A stretch of 63,928 bases of DNA, the filler included, from Acidimicrobiia bacterium (GTDB taxonomy: Bacteria > Actinomycetota > Acidimicrobiia > Spongiisociales > JAENVV01): the NCBI GenBank assembly GCA_041577335.1. It is 3 parts of 3 records of this genome, joined end to end, with 100 filler letters (N's around TTAATTAATTAA, not from the genome) between each part and the next. Parts side by side here need not be neighbours in the genome. Positions count along the whole stretch, not along the records: positions 51,225 to 63,928 come from JBFGJH010000079.1; 2 more parts are not named here. The stretch is one strand, 5' to 3'. The position numbers and the translations under genes were made by a program. Numbering within the stretch: the stretch's first letter is position 1; each line of letters begins with the position of its first letter. Under the pieces are notes generated by a model. The model ran no database searches and had not been told where the DNA came from. It saw nothing but the letters and a program-made list of their open reading frames with translations. Positions 56,901 to 63,928 of the stretch are shown one piece after another.

Positions 56901-59312
56901 GTGAAACCCGAGTACCGGGTCGTGATCGTGGGAGGAGGGGTGGTCGGAGCCAGCGTCGCCTATCACCTGGCCAAGCTCGGGTGGACAGACGTGGCCATCG
57001 TCGAGCGGTCCGTGCTCACCGCTGGTTCCAGCTGGCATGCGGCGGGCGGGATTCATGCCCTGAACGCGGACCCGAATATCGCCGCCCTCCAGGCCTACAC
57101 AATCGACCTGCTGTCTGAGATCGCCGACGATTCCGGAGTGGACATCGGTCTGCACATGACGGGTGGCATCTCCGTCGCCTCGGCGCCGGAGCGATGGGAA
57201 TGGTTGCAGGCGACCTATCGGGTGTATCAGACAATGGGTATCGAAGACTGCTGGTTGATGAGCCCCGGCGAGATAGAGGAACGGTGCCCCATCATCAACA
57301 CCGAGGGTGTTCTCGGGGGCCTCTGGGCGGATCGCGAGGGCTACATCGACCCGTCTGCCGTTGTCCACGCCTACGCCAAGTCGGCGCGCAAGCGCGGCGT
57401 CGAGGTGATCGAGCACAACCGGGTGCTCGACCTCAATCAACGGGCGGATGGCTACTGGGACGTGGTCACCGAGAAGGGGACAATCGTGGCCGAGCACGTC
57501 GTCAACGCCGGCGGCTTGTGGGCCAAGCAGGTGGGCCGGATGGCTGGGGTGGAGCATCCGCTTTCGCCGCTCGCTCATCACTATCTCATCACGGAGCAGA
57601 TCCCGGAGCTGGCGGCGCTCGATTCCGAGATCCCGATGATGATCGACCTCGAGGGATTCACCTACATGCGCCAGGAGCTCAACGGGCTGCTGGTAGGCAT
57701 CTACGAGATCGACCATCAGCACTGGAACATCGACGGCGCTCCATGGGACTACGGGATCGAGCTGCTGCAGCCTGACATCGACCGCGTCGCGGATGAGCTA
57801 TCGATGGCCATGACCCGATACCCGGTACTCGAACGCACCGGGATCGCCCGGTGGGTCAACGGAGCGTTCACATTCTCGCCAGACGGCAACCCGTTGGTGG
57901 GGCCGGTCCCGGGTGTGCGCAACTACTGGTCGGCCTGCGCGGTGATGGCCGGATTCCTGCAAGGTGGTGGCGTCGGAAAGTCGCTGGCCGAATGGATGAT
58001 CGATGGCGAGCCTGCCGAAGATATCTTCGGTATGGATGTGGCCCGATTCGGCCCGTACGCCGAGAACCGGGAGTACATCAGGCAGAAGACGGGTCAGTTC
58101 TATTCGCGGCGCTTTGTGATGACCTATCCCAATGAGCAGCTGTGGGAGGGCCGGCCGCTGGGCATGGCGCCGGCGTACGACGCAATGACCGAAGACGGCG
58201 CCTTCTGGGGCGAGATGTACGGGCTGGAGATCCCTCTCTACTTCGCCCAGAAAGGCTTCGAAGAGACCCCAACGCTGCGCCGCTCCAACGCCTTCGACAT
58301 CGTCGCCGAAGAGTGCAAAGAGGTGCGCAACGGTGTGGGGATCATCGACATCACCGGGTTCTCCCGATACGAGGTGACCGGCCCCAACGCCGAACGGTGG
58401 CTCGACCGCCTGTTGGCGGCGAAGTTGCCACAGCCAGGCCGGATCAGGCTCGCTCCCATGCTCGGCGAGGACGGGCGTCTCAAGGGAGACCTGACCGTGA
58501 TGAATTGGGGAGACGGCTCCTGGTGGATCATGGGCAGCTACTACCTGCGGGCCTGGCACATGAGATGGTTCCACGACCACCTCTTTGAGGGAGTCGCCGT
58601 GCGCGATATCTCCGACGCCATGGTCGGCTTCGGGCTGGCCGGGCCCAGGTCTCGCCGGCTGCTCGAGTCGATCACTCACGAGGACCTGTCCAACGAAGCG
58701 TTTGGTTTCATGTCCTGTCGGGAGATCGACGTGGGGATGCTTCGGGCGAGAGTCGGCCGCATTTCGGTGACGGGGGAGTTGGGCTACGAGATCCACTGCC
58801 CGGCTACCGAGCACGTCCTCTTGCGTCGCACGCTTCTCCGCGCCGGCCGAGAGGTCGACGCGGTGGAGTGGGGATTCAACGCCATGGGCTCTCTGCGGAT
58901 GGAGAAGAGCTTCGGCATCTGGTCCAAGGAGTTTCGTCAGGAGTACACCCCTGCCATGACGGGCATGGATCGCTGGATCGACTGGTCCAAGGACTTCATC
59001 GGCGCGGAGGCGTCCGGCAAGGAGCGCCAAGGCAACAGTGCTCCGGCCAGGTTGGTGACACTCGAGATCGACGCGACCGACGCCGACGGCTCCGAGTATG
59101 AGCCGGTGTGGAGCGGTGATGACCGGGTCGGCTACATCACGTCGGGTGAGTTCGGCCACACCGTCGGCAAGAGCCTGGCGATGGCGCTGGTCGCGCCGGA
59201 GGCGGCGGTGCCCGGTCGGGAGCTGACCGCGCACGTCGTTGGCGAGGAACGCCCTGCCAAGGTGATCCCGCCATCGCCGTATGACCCCGACGGCCAGGCG
59301 ATGCGCGGCTAG
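56901..59312 (+). CDS. GcvT-family FAD-dependent oxidoreductase (dimethylglycine dehydrogenase-like)
   Basis: GGGVVG, GSSWHAAG, NGAFTFSPDGNPLVGP, TGELGYEI, SLRMEK, GYITSG. Confidence 0.92.
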   Translation: MKPEYRVVIVGGGVVGASVAYHLAKLGWTDVAIVERSVLTAGSSWHAAGGIHALNADPNIAALQAYTIDLLSEIADDSGVDIGLHMTGGISVASAPERWEWLQATYRVYQTMGIEDCWLMSPGEIEERCPIINTEGVLGGLWADREGYIDPSAVVHAYAKSARKRGVEVIEHNRVLDLNQRADGYWDVVTEKGTIVAEHVVNAGGLWAKQVGRMAGVEHPLSPLAHHYLITEQIPELAALDSEIPMMIDLEGFTYMRQELNGLLVGIYEIDHQHWNIDGAPWDYGIELLQPDIDRVADELSMAMTRYPVLERTGIARWVNGAFTFSPDGNPLVGPVPGVRNYWSACAVMAGFLQGGGVGKSLAEWMIDGEPAEDIFGMDVARFGPYAENREYIRQKTGQFYSRRFVMTYPNEQLWEGRPLGMAPAYDAMTEDGAFWGEMYGLEIPLYFAQKGFEETPTLRRSNAFDIVAEECKEVRNGVGIIDITGFSRYEVTGPNAERWLDRLLAAKLPQPGRIRLAPMLGEDGRLKGDLTVMNWGDGSWWIMGSYYLRAWHMRWFHDHLFEGVAVRDISDAMVGFGLAGPRSRRLLESITHEDLSNEAFGFMSCREIDVGMLRARVGRISVTGELGYEIHCPATEHVLLRRTLLRAGREVDAVEWGFNAMGSLRMEKSFGIWSKEFRQEYTPAMTGMDRWIDWSKDFIGAEASGKERQGNSAPARLVTLEIDATDADGSEYEPVWSGDDRVGYITSGEFGHTVGKSLAMALVAPEAAVPGRELTAHVVGEERPAKVIPPSPYDPDGQAMRG

Positions 59313-59386
59313 CGGTCGGTCGGAAACCCGTCCACATCCGAGATTTCCTCCTGCCGGTCGGGACCATCGTCGATAGGCTCGCGACC

Positions 59387-60700
59387 ATGAGCGACGACCG
59401 AAGCTACGGAGCCATCATCATCGGGGCGGGGATCATCGGAGCCAACCTCGGCTTCGAGATGTCCAAGGCCGGGTACCAGACCCTCAACATCGACAAGCTC
59501 CCTGCCGCCGGATACGGCTCGACCGCCAACTCGTGCGCCATCGTCCGGACCCACTACTCCACGTGGGCCGGAGTGGCCATGGCGTACGAGGGCTTCCACT
59601 ACTGGAAGGACTGGGACAACTACCTCGAGGTCGAAGACGAGCGTGGCAACGCTCGATTCGTTCAATGTGGCGGCGTCTTCGTTGGGGACGACGAGCGATA
59701 CTCGGAGAAGGTCTTGCCCTTGTTCGACGACATCGGGGTTGAGTATGAGGTCTGGGACACCGACGCGTTGAAAAGCCGGTTCCCCGGGATCGACACCGGC
59801 AACCACGCTCCACCCAAGCGCCCCGAGAATGACGACTTCTGGGCGGACCCTGCCACGCAGATCACCAGTGCCGTTCACACTCCGATAGCGGGCTACGTCA
59901 CCGACCCGCAGCTGGCCACCCACAACTTGCAACGGGCTGCCGAAGCTAAGGGCGGCCAGTTTCTTTTCAACGCCGAGGTGGCCGGAATTCGCATCGAGGA
60001 CGGTCGGGTGGCCGGTGTTGATCTGGTGGACGGGCGCTCCTTCGATGCACCGATCGTCGTGAACGTGGCCGGACCGCATTCCTTCGTGATCAACGAGATG
60101 GCCGGAGTTGCCGGCTCGATGAGGATCAAGACGAGGGCGCTGCGCCACGAGGTCCACCACGTGCCGGCGCCGCCCAACCTCGACTTCGAGAAGGACGGCA
60201 TGCTGGTGGGCGATGACGACTTGGGCACCTACTTTCGACCCGAGGTCGGCAATCACATCCTCGTGGGCAGCCAGGATCCCGATTGCGATCCCCAGATCTG
60301 GGTGGAAGATCCGGATGAGTTCGACCGCAGCATCAGCGACGAGCAATGGCGGGCGCAAGTGCTTCGCCTCGCCCGGCGACTGCCAGCCCTCGGGGTGCCG
60401 AGCGACAAAAAAGGTCTTGTCGACCTCTACGACGTGAGCGACGACTGGATCCCGATCTACGACAAGACCGACCTGGCGGGTTTCTACCTGGCTATCGGGA
60501 GCAGTGGGAACCAATTCAAGAATTCCCATATTGCTGCCTACTGCCTCACCGAACTGATTCGAGCCGTCGAGGCGGGTCACGACCACGACCGCGACCCCGT
60601 GAAGGTGACGATGCCGCACACAGGGCTCGAGCTGGACATGTCCGTCTTCAGCCGCAACCGCGCGATCAACGAGGCGTCTTCCTTTAGTGTCCTTGGCTAA
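59387..60700 (+). CDS. FAD-dependent oxidoreductase (DAO/sarcosine oxidase beta-like)
   Basis: IIGAGIIG, GYGST, YDVSDDWIPIYD, GSSGNQFK. Confidence 0.88.
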   Translation: MSDDRSYGAIIIGAGIIGANLGFEMSKAGYQTLNIDKLPAAGYGSTANSCAIVRTHYSTWAGVAMAYEGFHYWKDWDNYLEVEDERGNARFVQCGGVFVGDDERYSEKVLPLFDDIGVEYEVWDTDALKSRFPGIDTGNHAPPKRPENDDFWADPATQITSAVHTPIAGYVTDPQLATHNLQRAAEAKGGQFLFNAEVAGIRIEDGRVAGVDLVDGRSFDAPIVVNVAGPHSFVINEMAGVAGSMRIKTRALRHEVHHVPAPPNLDFEKDGMLVGDDDLGTYFRPEVGNHILVGSQDPDCDPQIWVEDPDEFDRSISDEQWRAQVLRLARRLPALGVPSDKKGLVDLYDVSDDWIPIYDKTDLAGFYLAIGSSGNQFKNSHIAAYCLTELIRAVEAGHDHDRDPVKVTMPHTGLELDMSVFSRNRAINEASSFSVLG

Positions 60701-60840
60701 CGGCGCTTTGCAGTTCGGCTGAGGGGTCGACGAGGACGGTCAACTCGGGTTGGCTCGTGGTTGTTCAGCTGAGCGCCTGAGGTGCCGATGATTGAAGGGT
60801 GGCTGCTTGAGCCGGGCGGACGTCCTGGCGGTCCGCCATA

Positions 60841-61668
60841 ATGAAGCCGGAGACGGACATGACGGTATATCTGGATGTATTGACCGAGCGAGACCTGGCG
60901 ACGCTCGCCGCCATTGACGGATCTGAGCCCGAGAGTCTCGCCAACGAACTGCGTCGCCGTCCGTGGTTCATCCACGATCTCCTCAGCCGTCAAGAAGTGT
61001 TCGACGCGGTGCTCGACCGGCACGCTCACCCGGCCGCCGTCGTGTCGCCGTTCTTGCTTTTTGCGGTTCTGATTCACAAGACAGCCGACGATGTCCGGGG
61101 GGCCAAGTATGTCGACGAATGGATCGGCCCGAAGGCAAGGATGCCTTTGTTCGACATCGAGCCGCTGCAGGAGTTCGTGGAAGACCCGGGTCGGACGTTC
61201 TTCCTCGCTGCGCTGCTCTCTTCGTTTGCTGCGCCTGAGTCGCTGCCGGTGCCGGCCGGCCCGTTCGATTTGCACGGCATCGCACTCTGGCTCGAGCAGG
61301 CGGTCCCCGGCGATCGTGCGATCCTCTTGCGCCGCCTCGGCGACCTGAGCTTGTTCCTCACCGGGGTGTTTCCCGACCACACCGGCACGAACCCTTTGCA
61401 GCCCGCCGAGGCCGTGCGCCTGGGCCGCACCCTGGGCAAGACGTCCGAAGAGATGCTGGCCCTGTGCGACCGCAGCCTTCCTTCGGCAGGGCTGGAGGCT
61501 CTGGAGTCGCTCGGGTCTGATTGGTACAACGCCGCTGCCTCGGAAGGCGCTGCCAAGCCTGTGGTTGGGGATGTGGCCTCCCGCTTTCGAGCGGCCCGCC
61601 GCGTGCTCAACCATCTCGCCGACCACTATCTGTACCGCCTCGATGCTGGCTGGTCGTTCGCCGCCTAG
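60841..61668 (+). CDS. Conserved hypothetical protein
   Basis: Normal composition; LRRLGDLSLFLTGVFPDH motif. Confidence 0.7.
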   Translation: MKPETDMTVYLDVLTERDLATLAAIDGSEPESLANELRRRPWFIHDLLSRQEVFDAVLDRHAHPAAVVSPFLLFAVLIHKTADDVRGAKYVDEWIGPKARMPLFDIEPLQEFVEDPGRTFFLAALLSSFAAPESLPVPAGPFDLHGIALWLEQAVPGDRAILLRRLGDLSLFLTGVFPDHTGTNPLQPAEAVRLGRTLGKTSEEMLALCDRSLPSAGLEALESLGSDWYNAAASEGAAKPVVGDVASRFRAARRVLNHLADHYLYRLDAGWSFAA

Positions 61669-61940
61669 CGGTGGGGACGGTGACCTGGGGGCTGAGAGTG
61701 GGCGCCACTCACTTGCTGTGCTGGAAGTGCCCACGCAATTGGGGTTGATTCACTTGTACTTCGCATGGTGAATATTTGACGTGCCATTAACCATTCGTTT
61801 AGGGTCCCGTCCGGGATTCGCGCGCATCGCGCGATGGGTTGGTGCTCGGAGGAGCCACCCGTGGGAAGCCTGGCCGAGAGGCCGGTCACGGGAGCCTCGC
61901 GAAGCCAACCGCCTGGAGGGACACAGGCTGGGAGGCCACA

Positions 61941-63928
61941 ATGCAAGGTATCGCCGTAGACCGTGGGTTCAACCGCGTCTTCCGTTCTCGCACCGCACGT
62001 CTCGTGCACTCGGTATTCATCACGCTGGCGATGATCGCCGCCTACCTGCCGGCCGCGGCCATGCCCGCGCACGGGGCCGCCGCGGAGTCGTTGACTGCTG
62101 CTGCAGTGTCTACGACACCTTCGCTCTACCTGGCAGAGAACCCGCTGGCGATATCTGCTGTCGATGCCTCGATCGCGGCTGCGACCTCCCACGCAGTTGC
62201 TCCGGCGGCGGCGTTGGCATCGTCCATGCTCTTTGACGGCAGCGGCAACGTCGACACGGTGACCGGTGCCGGCTGCATGTTGGACGTCTACAACGCTTTT
62301 GGTCAGGGCGGCGGCCTCAACTGTACGGCCAACGATGTCAGCCTGGCGACCGCCACCAACATCGCGATTCTCGACGACGGGTGTGCTTTCCCCGGCGATA
62401 CGGTGACGTTTACCGCCGACTTCCAAGTCGACGTCACCGCCGGTTCCCGCAACGACGTCGGCATCTACATTTCCCTCGACGGGGATCCGAATGGCGACGG
62501 CGCCCTCACCGGAGCGTGCACGGTGAGCACCCCGGCCTATGGTGGCTCCAACCCCGCTGCCAGCCAGCCGAATTTTCTCGACCTCGACGGAACCAGCGAC
62601 AACACGACGAACTCGAACAATTTCGGCTACTGCTCGACCGACGGCGGTGTCAGCATCGCGCAGCGGACCACAGACCCCTTAGGACCCGTACCCTGTGACG
62701 GCGGTAGCCCCGCAGCCGGTGACGCCCAATGCGTAGCTGCCCTCGGCGCCGGTGCGACCTGCGAAGAGTTCGGCGACGGTATTGGTGTCACCGGTGATCC
62801 AATCCAGGACACCTGTGGGGACATCTCCAAGCCAGACTTCAACCCGCTATTCCCGACGTTGACCCAGACGGTCACCTGCGTCGATGACGATGGAGACGGC
62901 CAACTCGACCTGCCGTATTGCACGAGCTGGCGCCAGTCCGGTGCGAACGAACTCTGCACGACGCCGCTGGCGGCGTACCCCGGCGCACCATCGAAGTGCA
63001 ACTGCGACGAGGGCTTCAGCATCGCCATCCCCGTCCCCGGTCAGATTGTCGTGGACAAGGTGACGGACCCATCGGGTGATCCAACACTTTTCGACTTCGA
63101 ACTGGCCGACGTTCCTGTTGGCACCATCATTAGCGCCTTCAGCCTCACCGACGCGGCGGCGCCCTTTGAGAGCCCAGGTCTCGATGCCGGCACCTACCAG
63201 GTGACCGAAACGGCGAACCCGAGCTACTCGACCACGGCCACCTGCGACGACGGCAGTGATCCCAGTGCCATCGACTTGCAGCCTGGCGAGATCGTTACCT
63301 GTACCTTCACCAACACGCTGCTCGAGGGACCGCCCTCGATAGCGGTCACCAAGACGGCCAATCCGACGACGCTCGATGAGCCGGGCGGCAACGTGACCTT
63401 CACGGTCTCCATCGAGAACACCAGCGACGCCACCGACCCCGTGACGATCACGTCTCTGACCGACGACATCCACGGCGATCTGAACGGCCAAGGCGACTGC
63501 TCGGTGCCGCAAACGATAGATCCTGGTGACACCTATTCCTGTTCCTTTACAGCGACCGTGTCCGGGAACCCCGGCGATACGGAGACCGACACGGTCACCG
63601 CCTCCGGCACGGACGACGAGGGAACCCCGGTCAGCGACTCCGACAGCGCCACGGTGACCATCGTCGACGTGCCGTCGGCGATTGAGGTTGTGAAGACGGC
63701 GACGCCGGACAATGTTGATGAGCCGGGTGGGTCGGTGACCTACTCGTTTGTGGTGAACAACCTTTCGGCCGTCGACAGCGTGACGATCGATTCGCTGACG
63801 GATTCGATCTATGGGGATCTGAATGGTCAGGGTGACTGCACTGTGCCGCAGACGATCGCGGCTGGTGGCTCGTATAGCTGTTCGATCACCGAAAGCGTGT
63901 CGGGTAACGCGGGTGACACGATCACCAA
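61941..63928 (+). CDS. Large secreted/surface protein: Cys-rich N-terminal domain plus Ig-like (DUF11/SpaA-like) repeats, 3' truncated
   Basis: GGAGG RBS, ATG 61941, signal peptide, open to window end (so missing from the ORF track); repeats I.V.KTA.P...DEPGG.VT...GDLNGQGDC.VPQTI..G..YSCS. Confidence 0.85.
   Translation, partial: MQGIAVDRGFNRVFRSRTARLVHSVFITLAMIAAYLPAAAMPAHGAAAESLTAAAVSTTPSLYLAENPLAISAVDASIAAATSHAVAPAAALASSMLFDGSGNVDTVTGAGCMLDVYNAFGQGGGLNCTANDVSLATATNIAILDDGCAFPGDTVTFTADFQVDVTAGSRNDVGIYISLDGDPNGDGALTGACTVSTPAYGGSNPAASQPNFLDLDGTSDNTTNSNNFGYCSTDGGVSIAQRTTDPLGPVPCDGGSPAAGDAQCVAALGAGATCEEFGDGIGVTGDPIQDTCGDISKPDFNPLFPTLTQTVTCVDDDGDGQLDLPYCTSWRQSGANELCTTPLAAYPGAPSKCNCDEGFSIAIPVPGQIVVDKVTDPSGDPTLFDFELADVPVGTIISAFSLTDAAAPFESPGLDAGTYQVTETANPSYSTTATCDDGSDPSAIDLQPGEIVTCTFTNTLLEGPPSIAVTKTANPTTLDEPGGNVTFTVSIENTSDATDPVTITSLTDDIHGDLNGQGDCSVPQTIDPGDTYSCSFTATVSGNPGDTETDTVTASGTDDEGTPVSDSDSATVTIVDVPSAIEVVKTATPDNVDEPGGSVTYSFVVNNLSAVDSVTIDSLTDSIYGDLNGQGDCTVPQTIAAGGSYSCSITESVSGNAGDTIT

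Noticed and set aside
61860..61900. c-di-GMP-I riboswitch
   Set aside because: Only the GNRA-capped stem resembles it; GCAAA segments and the second stem with tetraloop receptor not found
1..63928. CRISPR arrays, IS/transposases, tRNA or rRNA genes
   Set aside because: No regularly spaced short repeats, transposase ORFs or stable-RNA signatures seen by eye

Overview
High-GC window, most likely from an Actinomycetota genome (probably Acidimicrobiia): it carries mshD, the pgsA-patA-pimA-pdxS cluster near thrS, a DosR/DosS-like pair and many leaderless genes. It is three contigs joined by artificial N44-TTAATTAATTAA-N44 spacers (25690-25789, 51125-51224). Contig 1 is mostly housekeeping: PIM synthesis, gltA, thrS, mshD, pgi, two amino-acid ABC systems (one with a 753-bp internally duplicated binding protein) and an Fe-S photolyase. 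Contig 2 holds the 3' end of an ACP-KR-DH type I PKS plus PPTase, a HerA-like ATPase, an ECF sigma locus, a DosR-like regulon with tandem DosR boxes, a group 1/2 sigma factor behind a DnaA-box cluster, and glnD. Contig 3 holds a GH13 enzyme, an MFS transporter, GcvT/sarcosine-oxidase-like genes and the start of a large secreted Ig-repeat protein. The most striking unexplained element is a ~350-nt, densely hairpinned non-coding region (36712-37063). It lies behind one of two back-to-back ECF-type promoters; the other drives the ECF sigma gene. It carries AGGGAC loop motifs that recur in a second sRNA candidate and in the leader of the surface-protein gene, suggesting an ECF-controlled ncRNA and possibly a Csr/Rsm-like circuit. 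No tRNA, rRNA, CRISPR array or transposase was recognised. All calls were made by eye, without database searches.
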